In this document: positions 21,409-32,432 of the stretch, piece after piece
Layout: every line of letters starts with the position of its first letter
Position numbering within the stretch: the stretch's first letter is position 1
NCBI GenBank assembly: GCA_963708075.1
Contig: OY970194.1
Coordinates: 1,152,001-1,216,000, forward strand
DNA: 64,000 bases
Origin: Sedimentisphaerales bacterium
GTDB lineage: Bacteria > Planctomycetota > Phycisphaerae > Sedimentisphaerales > Anaerobacaceae
Reading direction: 5' to 3'
Notes under the pieces: model-generated
Databases searched by the model: none
What the model was told of the DNA's origin: nothing
The model's input: the letters and a program-made list of their open reading frames with translations, nothing else
Position numbers and translations under genes: made by a program

Positions 21409-22090
21409 AAATTGGCTTTGTTTCGCACAACTGCCCATGCAGTTCACCGACAAACGGACCCGGCCGCCTGAATTGGCTTTGTTTCGCACGCCAGGCCCTC
21501 AGCGTGTAGTGCTTCGACTACTCTGATCTGGTGGATACCGGGTGGCAGCGGCAAGCGGGGTCTTCGGAGCTTGCCGATGGCGTGCAGACGCAGACACGAG
21601 CCATCGGCATGCTGGCGCTTGCCGCTGCCACCCATAATAAGCGATATTCTAAGCCTCGTTTCAGGGTGGCCGCAGTGGCAGGGTGTGCCGTGCACACCTT
21701 CTCCACGGGGAGGGAGTCCGCACTTGTCCCGGGCCCGGAAATTGGCTTTGTTTTCGCAGATACACAACGGATGACAATCTTTCATAACGCTTTTTCTGGA
21801 CAGCAGTTAGTGTTCGTCTGCCCTCCGGCCCATTGGCTTTGTTTCGCACGCCAAGCCCCGTTTGGAGTCCCGTAGGACAGGCTGTGACCGCCATTCGTCC
21901 GCCAGGCAAATTGGCTTTGTTTCGCACAATCGCTCGTTCCCTGCCGGGCGGCAGCGTCAAGCGAAGCTTGGCGATGGTCGTCCGGAGACGCCTCAGATTG
22001 GCTTTGTTTCGCATAACCATCCCTCAGCCGTCTTGTCGAATGGCTGACACCCGGCGTCCGCCACCAGGCAAATTGGCTTTGTTTCACGCG
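21409..22090. repeat. array of seven ATTGGCTTTGTTTCGC short direct repeats
   Basis: Copies start at 21411, 21472, 21741, 21832, 21910, 21997 and 22072. Confidence 0.9.
21540..21633. repeat. GGGTGGCAGC-family palindromic repeat inside the array
   Basis: Nearly identical to 27215-27308. Confidence 0.85.
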
Positions 22091-22613
22091 CCTTGACGCC
22101 CGCCTGCCGCGAGTCCTGCTTCATTGGTCATAGGAAACTCTCCGGAAATTTTTTGATTTCCGGCCCTCCGGCCTGGCTCGGTGTACCGGGTGAGATGTGG
22201 TCGTAAGACCATATATAGAGACGCTCCACGGGTCGGGATGTTGCAGGAATTTCCGCCACATGGTGAGAATACCCGCAAATGCCTGCGACACAGGGACTTA
22301 GGGCACCGGGGCGTTTGCGCCTTGCGATCTGGCCACTGTGCGTTGCCGGCCCCGTACTGTGGTGGCAAACACGGGTGGCAGCGGCAAGCGGAGTCTTCGG
22401 AGCTTGCCGATGGCGTGCAGGCACTGACAGGGACCATCGGCAAGCCGACGCCGGGGGCCGGACCGGCGCTTGCGTGGGCGTGCGGATCCGATGCAGAACA
22501 TGCTTACGCGAGCGTAAGCATGGCACCCAGCCCCTGTGATGTCATTCCGGCGCAGGGCCTGCCCTCGACCTGATCGGGGGCGGGAATCCAGACTCGCGGG
22601 ACCTTCAGAGTTC

Positions 22614-22690
22614 GTAGGGTGGGTCCTTGACCCACGCGGTCCTTTTTCGGCGAGACACTCTTTGACGCGTGGGTTGAGAACCCACCCTAC
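22614..22690. repeat. GTAG-class REP doublet
   Basis: GTAGGGTGGGTCCTTGACCCACGCG...CGCGTGGGTTGAGAACCCACCCTAC; same arms at 29779-29853, half copy at 36138. Confidence 0.8.
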
Positions 22691-22774
22691 AGGCTTGCCG
22701 GCAGCCGCGGTTGACGTTCAAAGGCCCTTGATGTACATCTCGCTGGTTTCCCGACAGATTCTCCAGGAAAGCGC

Positions 22775-22803
22775 TTGCACCGTCCGGGCGCCGGTGGTAG
22801 AAT
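22775..22803 (+). promoter_or_regulatory. putative sigma70 promoter
   Basis: TTGCAC-17 nt-TAGAAT with an extended -10 TG. Confidence 0.5.
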
Positions 22804-22999
22804 GCATTGCAACGAGAAACCGGATACCGAAGGCGGGCAAGGAATCGATCATATTCCGAGCCGTTATCATATTCTCGTGTCGCTTTTCATACGCCGCCCA
22901 CCTTCGCGAGGTCGCCGGATGCCAGTGTCACCGCCGCACGGAGGTCACAGCAGGACCGGCCGCGTGGCGCCCCGTGCCGTGCATTGAAGGAGGCGGAAA

Positions 23000-24793
23000 A
23001 TGGCGAAGAAGAGAACGATCCCCGCAATCATCGTCTGTGCCCTCACTCTCATCTATTGCCCGCCAACCCCCGGCAAGATCATCTACGTCGACGACGACGC
23101 CAATGGACTTGGCAATGGTTCTTCTTGGCAGGACGCCTACAAGTACCTGCAGGGTGCTTTGGCGGATGCAGGTACGCCGAATGAGCCTGTAGAAGTCCGG
23201 GTGGCGCAGGGTGTGTACAGGCCGGACCGCAGTGCAGCGAATCCTCAAGGGACCGGAGACAGCCATATCTCATTTGACATTCCACGTGGCGTCACGTTGA
23301 TTGGCGGTTTTGCCGGTCTGGCAGCGGATGATCCAAGTGCCCGGGATGTCAAGCGAAATGAGACAATCCTCAGCGGGGACCTGGCGGGGAACGATGCGCC
23401 GATTGCCAACCCCGCAAATATTGCCAACGACCCGACGCGGGCAGACAACTCTCATCACGTGGTTACGATCATGGACAAGGGAGTAGGCGACAATCTTGTA
23501 TTTGCGGGTGAGGCGGCTTTTGATGGTCTTGTCATAACCGCCGGGCACATGCACGGCCACGTGACCAGGGAACCACGTCCAAATTGGATCTCGGGCGGAG
23601 GTCTGTATGTTGAGTTGCTCGTCAGCACTCTTAAGGAGCCGGTGCCTCCGCGTGTGACTCTGAGAGACTGTGTCTTCAGGGACAACTTTGCCGATTGGCA
23701 TGGTGGAGGAATGTGGATTGAGGGGGGGCGGCTGACTTTGGAAAGGTGCTTATTCACAAGCAATGGCAGTGATCGAAGCGGTGGTGGGTTGCAAACACTG
23801 GGTAACGCAGTCGAATTGTTGGATTGTGACTTCATTGCCAATCGTACGACAGAGTCAGGGGGCGGCGGCGGATGGGCTTGTTCATCACCTGCTGCAGTGG
23901 CTACTCGCTGCAGATTCACTGACAATTCCGCTGGTTGGGGTGGAGCGATCGCTGGCAACATGAGACTTGTCACCTGTACCATAACTGATAATGTGGCGAA
24001 GTACTACGGAGGGGGCATCGCTGGAGGCGGTCGGAAGGGGGAGTTTACGAACTGCTACTTTGCAGGTAATCAAGCGGGCACGAATGGGGGAGCAATAGCG
24101 GCCGGAGACGCCCTTGCCTTGAGCAACTGTGTGCTTGTTGGCAATAAGGCGCTCGAGAGTGGGGGTGGGGTAAGCGGGGCCAACATGGATTTCCAATTCG
24201 GCAACTGTACCTTCACGGAGAACCTTGCCCCCGAGGGAAGGTTCTTGGCGGACAAGACTCGTGCCTCCGGGCAGTCCAAAGCCCAAGTTGACAATTGCAT
24301 CGTGAATGATGGCGAGAATGAGATATGGAACGAGCATACGAACCTGACAGTTCGATATACCGACCTACGGGGTGGAGCCTCGATGATTCACGATCCATGC
24401 GGCCTCATCGAATGGGGCCCAGGCAATCTGGATGCGGACCCGTGCTTTGCTGACCTTGGCTATTGGGACCCGAATGGAACGCCTGACGATGCGAGCGATG
24501 ATTTCTTCGTTGCCGGGGACTATCATTTGAAGTCGCAGGCCGGACGCTGGGACCCGAACAGCGAAAGCTGGGTCATCGACGACGTGACCAGCCCCTGCAT
24601 CGACGCCGGCGATCCGAACAGTTCGGTCGGTGATGAGCCGCAGCCCAACGGGGGGCGGATCAACATGGGGGCTTATGGGGGGACGGTGGAGGCGAGCAAG
24701 TCTGTGGCGCCACCGCAGGTTCTCCTATTGCCTCCCTTGACTCACCGCTGGCTTTGGGGCTATGATGGTGAAAAAGGAGACATCGACCCGTGA
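23000..24793 (+). CDS. secreted right-handed parallel beta-helix protein (PMP-like GGAI repeats)
   Basis: GGAGG RBS; IIYVDDDA...SSWQDAY; FxxNxAxxGGAI repeats; C-terminal GDYHLKSQAGRWDP...SPCIDAGDP...RINMGAYGGT. Confidence 0.88.
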   Translation: MAKKRTIPAIIVCALTLIYCPPTPGKIIYVDDDANGLGNGSSWQDAYKYLQGALADAGTPNEPVEVRVAQGVYRPDRSAANPQGTGDSHISFDIPRGVTLIGGFAGLAADDPSARDVKRNETILSGDLAGNDAPIANPANIANDPTRADNSHHVVTIMDKGVGDNLVFAGEAAFDGLVITAGHMHGHVTREPRPNWISGGGLYVELLVSTLKEPVPPRVTLRDCVFRDNFADWHGGGMWIEGGRLTLERCLFTSNGSDRSGGGLQTLGNAVELLDCDFIANRTTESGGGGGWACSSPAAVATRCRFTDNSAGWGGAIAGNMRLVTCTITDNVAKYYGGGIAGGGRKGEFTNCYFAGNQAGTNGGAIAAGDALALSNCVLVGNKALESGGGVSGANMDFQFGNCTFTENLAPEGRFLADKTRASGQSKAQVDNCIVNDGENEIWNEHTNLTVRYTDLRGGASMIHDPCGLIEWGPGNLDADPCFADLGYWDPNGTPDDASDDFFVAGDYHLKSQAGRWDPNSESWVIDDVTSPCIDAGDPNSSVGDEPQPNGGRINMGAYGGTVEASKSVAPPQVLLLPPLTHRWLWGYDGEKGDIDP

Positions 24794-25014
24794 CGACGAA
24801 AGAACTCATAGACGAGGTGGCTTCGCTGCCGGTGGAGGAACGGGCCATGGTGGCGGACTCGATTCTCCGCAGTCTGAATCCTCCCGAATCGGATATTGAC
24901 CGCAAGTGGGCGCAAGTCGCTCAACGCAGGCTTGCGGAATTGCGGTCAGGCAAAGTGAAGCCGATCCCCGGCGAGCGGGTCTTTGCCAAGGCTCGGAAGC
25001 GATTCGAAGAATGA
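24790..25014 (+). CDS. addiction module antitoxin (TIGR02574-like)
   Basis: 74 aa; LPVEERAMVADSILRSL...WAQVAQRRLAELRSGKVKPIPGERVF; coupled to the toxin by an ATGA overlap. Confidence 0.88.
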   Translation: MTTKELIDEVASLPVEERAMVADSILRSLNPPESDIDRKWAQVAQRRLAELRSGKVKPIPGERVFAKARKRFEE

Positions 25015-25304
25015 ACTTTTCCTTTCATCCGGAAGCCGAAGAGGAATTCCTCGGGGCCATGGATTACTATGAGGAACGCGAGGAGAATCTGGGCCTTGAT
25101 TTTGCCGCAGAGGTTTACGCTGCCGTCAGGCGTGCGGCGGAGCATCCAAAGGCATGGCCCATTCTCGATGGGGAAGTGCGCAGATGTCTGACGACGCGAT
25201 TTCCCTACGGCGTGCTCTATTCGGAGGAAGTGAACGGCATCTTCATCCTGGCGGTGATGCATCTCCACCGAGATCCCGACTACTGGAGGCATCGCCTCGA
25301 ATAG
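25011..25304 (+). CDS. RelE/ParE-family toxin
   Basis: FHPEAEEEF...YY...LGLDF, RRCLTTRFPYGVLY and ILAVMHLHRDPDYW motifs. Confidence 0.9.
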   Translation: MNFSFHPEAEEEFLGAMDYYEEREENLGLDFAAEVYAAVRRAAEHPKAWPILDGEVRRCLTTRFPYGVLYSEEVNGIFILAVMHLHRDPDYWRHRLE

Positions 25305-25334
25305 CCACGGGCACCCGCCAACTTCATCACGCCA

Positions 25335-26961
25335 TCAGCGACTGGGCCGCGCACTGTCACCCTCCGGCCAATTCCAAAGGAGAACGGCGGTTATGGACAG
25401 CGGCGGCAGGGACAGGTTCATCACGCCCTCTTCGATAGTAGCTGTGTCTTCCTGAAGGGCATTCTCGGCATGAGAACCGGAATGTCTCTGTGGCTGGGAG
25501 GTTGGAGAGCCTCAAGACCTTGCAGGTGCTTGCGGTGGCGGGGAAGTTGGCTATGGCGATGCGCACGTCTGTAGTTTGCGACAAGGACCGGTTCACTAAC
25601 ATGATCGTCAGGTCGTTGCTGTCGGGGCTGATGGATGCGTAGGCGGAGACGAGGTCCTCGCGATCCGACGTGGCCTGGACGCGGATCGGCTGGTTGTAGC
25701 GGCTGAACAGGTGCAGGACTTCCCACATGCCGACCTTCCAGCTCCAGGGCGTGAAGATCTCGACCCCTTCATCGGCGAAGACCCCGAGCGTGGAAGCATA
25801 CCAGACCGCCGTCACGTTGGGGTCGTCGCCCTCGATGCCCATCTCGGTGACACTCAGCGTCACGCCGTGGTTCGGGTCGAGGTACTGGTCGAGCCATGCC
25901 CGGCAGCGGGCGAAGATGTATTCCTTCCTGATGCTGTTGTCCCAGCCGGAGGAGCCGAGCCGCTTGACGCCGTTGGCGCCGGGATAGGTGTAGGTCTGGT
26001 CGAACCAGACGCGATGAAGTTGGACGATATCCGCTGGTTTCGTCTCGCCCGGATAGAAGTGGATGTCCAGCACGTCGAGCAATCGGATGCCGCTGACCTT
26101 CTGTTCGTCGCTGATGCGTTTGATGAAGTACTCCAGCCAGACATAGTTTCGGCCGCCGGACATGATCCGGCCGTTGTCCCAATTGTACCACTGCCATTCG
26201 TTCGCCGGCACCGGGCCGACGAGCTTGATCCCGGGGAACCGGGCGCGGGCCTTCTTCGCGACCTCGAGATAGGCCCGCATGAAGTCCTCGACCGGCGGCT
26301 GCTTCGGATACACGTCGTCGTGTGTGCCGCTCCAGATCTCCGGCTCGTTGTCCATGTTCCAGTAGAGCAGCCCGTTGGGGTCGAGCCCCAGGCCGTTCGG
26401 ATCGAACCAGTGGTCCAGGATGGCCGTCGTATCCTCGGCGGACCAGTCCATCAAGTACAGGCTCGTGTCGCCTTCTTTCTGGCCGCCTTCCGGCAGGGGC
26501 CCACCGCCTCCGGCCCAGTTGTTCCGCACGCCGTCCCACCACTGCGAGCGGTTGTATCCCCAATCGTTGAAATTGTGCGCCTTGGTGGAAGCGGCCTTGC
26601 CGATCAGTTGGAGCGACCACATCCCCTGCACGCCGGGCAGGTTCGCCTGCAGGCTCTTGGCCTCGAAATCCCAGTCGTGAGCATAGACGTTGTTATACCA
26701 GTCCGGGTGGCTGGACAGCTTCAGGGCCCAGTTGTACTTCGTGCTGTTGTTGCCGCCGCTTTCCCGCAGCATGCGCACGCCTGCGTCCCGGAGGAACTGC
26801 CAGTCCTTGGCCGCCGGCGGTTTCTTCGGATCGTCGGAGAGCGAGTTGTTCCGCCCGTACAGCCAGGGCGAGATCGCCTTGCGTCCCGACAGGGCATCCA
26901 CCTGAATCTCCGCCGCGAACGCACTGCCCGCCAGAACCAGAATCATCATCACACGCACCAT
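25335..26961 (-). CDS. secreted glycoside hydrolase family 44; probable 1-bp indel near 25478
   Basis: ISPWLYGRN, GGNNSTKYNW, YWNMDNEPEIWSGTHDDV, LLDVLDIHFYP, VTEMG; shifted frame restores SHAENALQ...LPPLSITAVLL. Confidence 0.88.
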
Positions 26962-27086
26962 GCTCACCAGACTCCTACCTGTATTCGATCCTCCACCTCC
27001 GCGACCCATTGTATCACAAACTGCCGCCGCGGACCAGCCCGTTCCTTCGGGACACCAGCGACTCACTCATAGGAGACTAATTGGCC

Positions 27087-27165
27087 GGGTGCCATGTCTA
27101 CGCTCGCGTAGACATGTTCCACTCGATGGGCAAGGCATGCTTACGCGAGCGTAAGCATGGCACCC
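27087..27165. repeat. GGGTGCCATG-family palindromic REP-like doublet
   Basis: GGGTGCCATGTCTACGCTCGCGTAGACATG...CATGCTTACGCGAGCGTAAGCATGGCACCC; the second half recurs at 22499-22528. Confidence 0.75.
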
Positions 27166-27214
27166 AAACCCTCAGGTTTCTTCCTGACACCCGCCGCGCA
27201 GCGGCTGACCGACC

Positions 27215-27308
27215 GGGTGGCAGCGGCAAGCGGAATCCTCGGAGCTTGCCGATGGCGTGCGGGTGTAGACACGAGCCATCGGCAAGCTGGCGCTTGCCGC
27301 TGCCACCC
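27215..27308. repeat. GGGTGGCAGC-family palindromic repeat
   Basis: Full ~94-bp palindrome lying between GH44 and the end of iscS. Confidence 0.85.
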
Positions 27309-27351
27309 GAACTTTGACGTGGTCAGATACCAGGGTTTGTGAGATGCAAGG

Positions 27352-28537
27352 CTATCCGCACTGGCCGCCGCAGCAGCATTCGCCGGGGCCGGAGGCGGCG
27401 CGGCGGGTGCGGGTGACGATTCTGGCGAGGGCCTGCAGAGCTTGTTCGATGTCGGCGGGGGTCGTGGTGCGGCCCATGCTGATTCGGATGGAGCCGAGGG
27501 CCTGCGCGGCGGGAAGGCCGATAGCCATGAGCACGTGCGACGGATCGAGCGAGCCGGAGGAGCACGCCGAGCCTGTAGAAACGGCGATGCCCTCCAGATC
27601 CAGAGCGAGCTGCACCGCCTCACCTCGGGTCTGGGCGAAGGAGACGTTCAGCGTCCCCGGCAGCGAATCCGTCGGATGGCCGTTGAAGGTCGCTTCGGGG
27701 ATCACTCTCTTGATGCCTTCCCTCAACGCTCGCTTGAGCATGGCCAGGTGCGTCGCTTCCTCGGCCATCTCCGCCTTTCGCATCTCGATGGCCTTGGCGA
27801 AGCCGACGATTCCAATCGTGTTTTCCGTGCCGGCTCTGCGGCCGCGCTCCTGGTGCCCGCCCCGGATCAGCGGCTGGAACGGTGCGCCCTCGCGGACGTA
27901 CAGGGCGCCGACGCCCTTGGGGCCGTAGAGCTTATGCGCGGAGAAGGACAAATAATGGGCGCCGATCTCATTGACGTTCACGGGGATTTTGCCGACGGCC
28001 TGCACGGCGTCGGTATGGAACAGGGCGCCTCGCTCCTGACACATCTTCGCGATGGGCCCGACGTCCTGGATTGTTCCGATTTCGTTGTTGGCAGTTATCA
28101 CGGAGACCAGGCCCGTCGCATCGCTCAGCAGGCCTTCGAGCTGATCGAGATAGATTTTGCCGGTCTCATCCACGTCGAGATAGTGGACCGGCAGGCCGAG
28201 ATCGGCCATGTGCGCCGCCGCTCGCAGGACGCAGGGATGCTCGATGCTCGTGGTGATGATCTCCCGCCTGGCTGAGGGCTGGCTGGACAGAGCATTGAAC
28301 ACAGCGTTATTGGCCTCGGACCCGCTGCCTGTGAAGACGATCTCCTCCGGCTTTGCCCCGATGAAGTCGGCGATCACCCGCCGGGAGTTCTCGACCAGCT
28401 CGCGCCTGCCTGCCGGCTTCGTGATAGCTGGAGGGATTGCCAAACACCTCCATTGCCTCCGTCATGGCCTTCGTCACTTCCGGATGCAGAGGTGTCGTCG
28501 CGTTGTGATCGAGATAGATGCTGCGAGGTTTATCCAT
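27352..28537 (-). CDS. iscS: cysteine desulfurase (IscS/NifS class), frameshifted near 28403
   Basis: [10 protein letters not shown] and FGNPSS in ORF 28307-28537; [30 protein letters not shown] and STGSACSSG in ORF 27352-28443. Confidence 0.92.
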
Positions 28538-28625
28538 GCTCTCTTTCTGTTATGTCAGGACGGTTGGGTGGCATCGGCAAGCTCCGAAGACTCCGCTTGC
28601 CGCTGCCACCCGTCGATTCATTCAT

Positions 28626-29705
28626 CTATGTCACCACACTCTCAATGATGCCGCCGCCGATGACGATGTCGCCGTCGTACAGCACTGCCGACTGGCCGGC
28701 GGTGACGGCGAATTGCGGCTCCTCAAATTCCAATAGAACCTTGTCGCCTTCGACTCGGATCCGCGCCTTGACTTCAGGCGAGCGGTATCGCACCCGGGCG
28801 CCAAGCTGCTTCTCCGCGGGCAGGCCGGCGGGGAAGATGCAGTCTGTCAGGCGGCAACCTTTGGCCATGGCCTGCTTTCGCGAGCCGACGATGACGCGGG
28901 CGTTTTCGGCGTCGAGCGCCACGACGTAACGGACGTGCTCCGTCCCGATCCCGAGGCCCTTGCGCTGGCCGATGGTGAAGTAGTGGACGCCGTCGTGCCT
29001 TGCCAGTACGTTGCCGTCGGTATCGACCACGTCGCCGGGTCGGCTGCCCAGCCGCGGCGCCAGGAACGAGCGGAGATCGTCCGGCACAAAACAGATCTCC
29101 TGGCTTTCCTTCTTTTGGGCCACGGGAAGCCGCCGCTCCTTCGCCATCGCGCGTACCTGCTCCTTGGTGTACTCGGCCAGCGGGAAAAGGATGTGCGCGA
29201 GCTGCTCGGAATTGAGGCGATATAGAAAGTAGGATTGGTCTTTCCGGCTGTCGGCGGCCTTGCCCAGATGATTCACGCCGTCTCGCTGCACGATCCGGGC
29301 GTAGTGCCCGGTGGCGAGGAATTCGACATCCATCGCCCGCATCATTTCGAGCAAACGGCCGAACTTGAGGTACTCGTTGCAGCGGATGCAGGGGTTGGGT
29401 GTCCTGCCCCGGGCGTACTCGCTGAGGAAGTCCGCCACGACCAGCCGCTCCAGGTCCTTCTCGAAACCCAGCACGTGGTGGCGGATGCCGAGGATCTCGG
29501 CCACGCGGCGCGCATCGGCGACGCTGTCGGCGCCGCAACAGGCGGGCCGGCCGGTCGTCGGCTCCGGCAGGCTGAAGCACATCGTTACGCCGATGACCTC
29601 GAAACCCTGGTCCTTCAGCAGGGCGGCGGCGACGGAGGAATCGACGCCTCCGCTCATTGCCACCGCGACGCGGCCCCTTGCAGGTTTTTGCACATCCATC
29701 GTCAT
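28626..29705 (-). CDS. mnmA: tRNA 2-thiouridine synthase
   Basis: AMSGGVDSS, TPNPCIRCN, ATGHYA, KDQSYFL, ESQEICF, TIGQRKGLG and GQSAVLY motifs. Confidence 0.97.
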   Translation of the reverse strand: MTMDVQKPARGRVAVAMSGGVDSSVAAALLKDQGFEVIGVTMCFSLPEPTTGRPACCGADSVADARRVAEILGIRHHVLGFEKDLERLVVADFLSEYARGRTPNPCIRCNEYLKFGRLLEMMRAMDVEFLATGHYARIVQRDGVNHLGKAADSRKDQSYFLYRLNSEQLAHILFPLAEYTKEQVRAMAKERRLPVAQKKESQEICFVPDDLRSFLAPRLGSRPGDVVDTDGNVLARHDGVHYFTIGQRKGLGIGTEHVRYVVALDAENARVIVGSRKQAMAKGCRLTDCIFPAGLPAEKQLGARVRYRSPEVKARIRVEGDKVLLEFEEPQFAVTAGQSAVLYDGDIVIGGGIIESVVT

Positions 29706-29778
29706 CCATTGATCCTTGGGCCGCCATACATGGGCCTTCGGCCCACCACGAGAAGATGAAGAAGGCCTTGGTCCGCTC

Positions 29779-29853
29779 GTAGGGTGGGTCCTTGACCCAC
29801 GCGGTCTTTCGAGCGAAAGATACGTTGACGCGTGGGTTGAGAACCCACCCTAC
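29779..29853. repeat. GTAG-class REP doublet
   Basis: Arms identical to 22614-22690, with a different central spacer. Confidence 0.8.
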
Positions 29854-30100
29854 ACGTCAACGCCACGTTCTCTCGCGGGGACTTGCCCATAATTTACTCG
29901 TTTGCCATCGACAAGACCTTCATACTTCTCCGGCCTGGAAAGAACTAATCTTGGGCGGCCCGGGCCATCCATGTATTTCCTTCTCCCGGCGTTCTTGTTC
30001 GATGAATTCACGATCGGCAGGAAAAGTCCCACCATAGTCATAGGGATGGTAGTCTTCGCACCGCGGGCTGTCAAGCTTCCTATCTGGGGTATCGTCGTGC

Positions 30101-30129
30101 TTGAAGGATATCGTCCGGCGTGCTACACT
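30101..30129 (+). promoter_or_regulatory. putative sigma70 promoter
   Basis: TTGAAG-17 nt-TACACT with an extended -10 TG. Confidence 0.45.
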
Positions 30130-30184
30130 TGCCGCCGGACCTGAACGCAATGGCCTGCGAATACCGCCAGTTAAGGATTGAGAC

Positions 30185-32401
30185 ATGGACCACTTCACAC
30201 GAGTCTTGAAATCCGTCCTCGCCCTGTTATGCCTCCTGATGCCTACCGGCACTGGTTTTGCGGCGTCTGCCCAGAAGGCACAGGTTGACACCTCCGCCTG
30301 GCTGCCGTACGAGATGCCGGACATCAAGAAGGCCAAGGGCACGGCCCTCGACATGTCGTTCCTGCTGGAAGCCCCAGCGGGCAAGCACGGCACTTTGACC
30401 GTCAAGGGCGACAAGTTCTTCTTCCTGGACGGCACGGAGGCACGCTTCTGGGGCGGCAATCTCTTCGCCGAGGCCAACTTTCCGACCCACAAACAGGCCG
30501 AAGCGCTGGCCGAGCGGATCGCGCAGACCGGCGCCAACATCGTCCGCATGCACCACCTGGACGTCGTGGCGCCCTGGACCGACTTCATCGTCCGCAAGAA
30601 CCTCTTCGGCGGCCAGAGCCCCGAAACCACGCGCGTGCTCGATAAGGAGATGCTCGATCGCTTCGACTACCTCGTGTCCTGCTTCAAGAAGCGGGGCATC
30701 TACGTCTTCCTGAGCCACCTGTCCAGCCGCAAAGTCATGCCCGCCGACGGCATCCCGCAGCCCGCCGAGTCGCTCGACGACATCTACGCCGGCCTGAAAA
30801 TCGAGGGCGAGTTCGACGAGTTCCTCATCCAGTTGCAGCAGGACTACTTGAAGAAGCTCCTGACGCACAAGAACCCGTACACGCGCCAGCCGCTGGCCGA
30901 AGACCCTGTACTCGCGATGACCAAGATCATCAATGAAGACTCACTGCTATTCCTCGGCGCCGGGCCGAACTTCAGCACGAACTCGGGCTACTACGCGCAG
31001 ATGCTGCAGGGCCGATTCAACGACTGGCTGGTGAAGAAGTACGCGACGCGCGAGACCCTGGCCAAGGCCTGGCAGCCGGCAGACCGCAAGGGCAAGGGGC
31101 TCGGCGAGGATGAGAGTTTCGAGAAGAAGAACATCGCGTTCAGCTACCAGTTCAGTTACGACTCGAAGGCTCGGTACAATCCCGCCTTCAGCCGGCAGCG
31201 CAATCTGGATATGTACGCGTTTCTGTACGACACGCAGACGGCGTATTACGACCGTATGTACGGATTTCTGCGAGCGCTGGGCGTGAGGTGCCCCATCGCC
31301 GGCAGCAACCACTGGATTTCCGACGTCGCCGATCTGCACGCGAACGCCGGGCTCGATTACGTGGACCGGCACGAGTACTACGCGCACCCGCACGGCACGT
31401 ACAACTACGTCCAGGGCCAGTCGGTCAGCCCGGCGACGCCCATGGTCAAGTCGGACTCGCTGGGCACGATTGGCGGCCTGGCGAATCGCCGGGTCCTCGG
31501 TCGGCCGTACACCGTTTCGGAATGGAACAACTGCCTGCCCAACCCGTACCGCGCGGAAGGGCCCGTGTTCATGGCCGCCTATGCCTGCCTGCAGGACTGG
31601 CACCCGATGCAGTACGCGTACCTGGCCTTCATCGACTACGAGCCCCAGGTGATCAACTCGTTCATGGTCCTGTATGACCCGGCTCATATGAATGTGCTGC
31701 CTGCGTCGGCCCTGATGTTCCATCGCGGGGACGTCAAAGAGGCCATGACCGGGTACTACGAGCGCGTCGCGGCGGGGGAGTTCATGGATCCGGCGTTCGC
31801 CCCGAAAAGGGATAATCGGCTCGCGCTGCTCGGGAAGTACGGCCTGGTGTTTGCGAATGTCGCGGAGGCCCGATTCCCGGCCAACCCGGACCTGTTGAAG
31901 CAGGCCTCCGACAAGACAAAGCAGGTGTACGATTCCGTCACGGGCGAGCTTCGCTGGGACCTGAACCAGGGCCTGCTGCGAATCGACTCGCCGCGAACGC
32001 AGGGCGTGGCCGGCTTTGCGAAGGGCCAGGCCGTCGCAACGAGCGACGTGATCTTCAATGTTGGCAACGAGTTCGCCGTCGTCATGGTCAGCGCCCTGGA
32101 TGGCGAGCCTATCCGGCAGTCGAAACGGATGCTGGTCTCCACGTCTGCCCGGGCGCAGTGGTCGGGCATGGAATTCGACGAGCAGAGCGGGACCATCACG
32201 AAGTCCGGCAAGCCGCCGTTCCTCATGGAGCCGGTGGTTGGGACCGTCAGAGTCAGGCACGACAAGCCGATCACGGTCTTCTGCCTCTCCTCCTCCGGCA
32301 AACGCTTTGACTACGCCCCCATGCAAAAGTCCGCGGAAGGCACAACCTTCGAGATGCGCCCCGCGAATCGATGCATGCATTACGAACTCGTGAGCAGATG
32401 A
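30185..32401 (+). CDS. secreted clan GH-A (GH5-like) glycoside hydrolase
   Basis: Signal peptide; APAGKHG, RFWGGN, NIVRMHHLD, LLTHKNPYT; putative acid/base INED and nucleophile VSEWN. Confidence 0.8.
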   Translation: MDHFTRVLKSVLALLCLLMPTGTGFAASAQKAQVDTSAWLPYEMPDIKKAKGTALDMSFLLEAPAGKHGTLTVKGDKFFFLDGTEARFWGGNLFAEANFPTHKQAEALAERIAQTGANIVRMHHLDVVAPWTDFIVRKNLFGGQSPETTRVLDKEMLDRFDYLVSCFKKRGIYVFLSHLSSRKVMPADGIPQPAESLDDIYAGLKIEGEFDEFLIQLQQDYLKKLLTHKNPYTRQPLAEDPVLAMTKIINEDSLLFLGAGPNFSTNSGYYAQMLQGRFNDWLVKKYATRETLAKAWQPADRKGKGLGEDESFEKKNIAFSYQFSYDSKARYNPAFSRQRNLDMYAFLYDTQTAYYDRMYGFLRALGVRCPIAGSNHWISDVADLHANAGLDYVDRHEYYAHPHGTYNYVQGQSVSPATPMVKSDSLGTIGGLANRRVLGRPYTVSEWNNCLPNPYRAEGPVFMAAYACLQDWHPMQYAYLAFIDYEPQVINSFMVLYDPAHMNVLPASALMFHRGDVKEAMTGYYERVAAGEFMDPAFAPKRDNRLALLGKYGLVFANVAEARFPANPDLLKQASDKTKQVYDSVTGELRWDLNQGLLRIDSPRTQGVAGFAKGQAVATSDVIFNVGNEFAVVMVSALDGEPIRQSKRMLVSTSARAQWSGMEFDEQSGTITKSGKPPFLMEPVVGTVRVRHDKPITVFCLSSSGKRFDYAPMQKSAEGTTFEMRPANRCMHYELVSR

Positions 32402-32432
32402 AGATACATCAAGCGGATCGTGAGGGCAGAAG

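Noticed and set aside
21409..22090. CRISPR array
   Set aside because: The repeat is only about 16-19 nt, the spacing is irregular (61-269 bp), spacers contain other genomic repeats, and there are no cas genes in the window.
27352..28537. iscS and other split genes as true pseudogenes
   Set aside because: Each has a single indel with no further decay; assembly error is more parsimonious.
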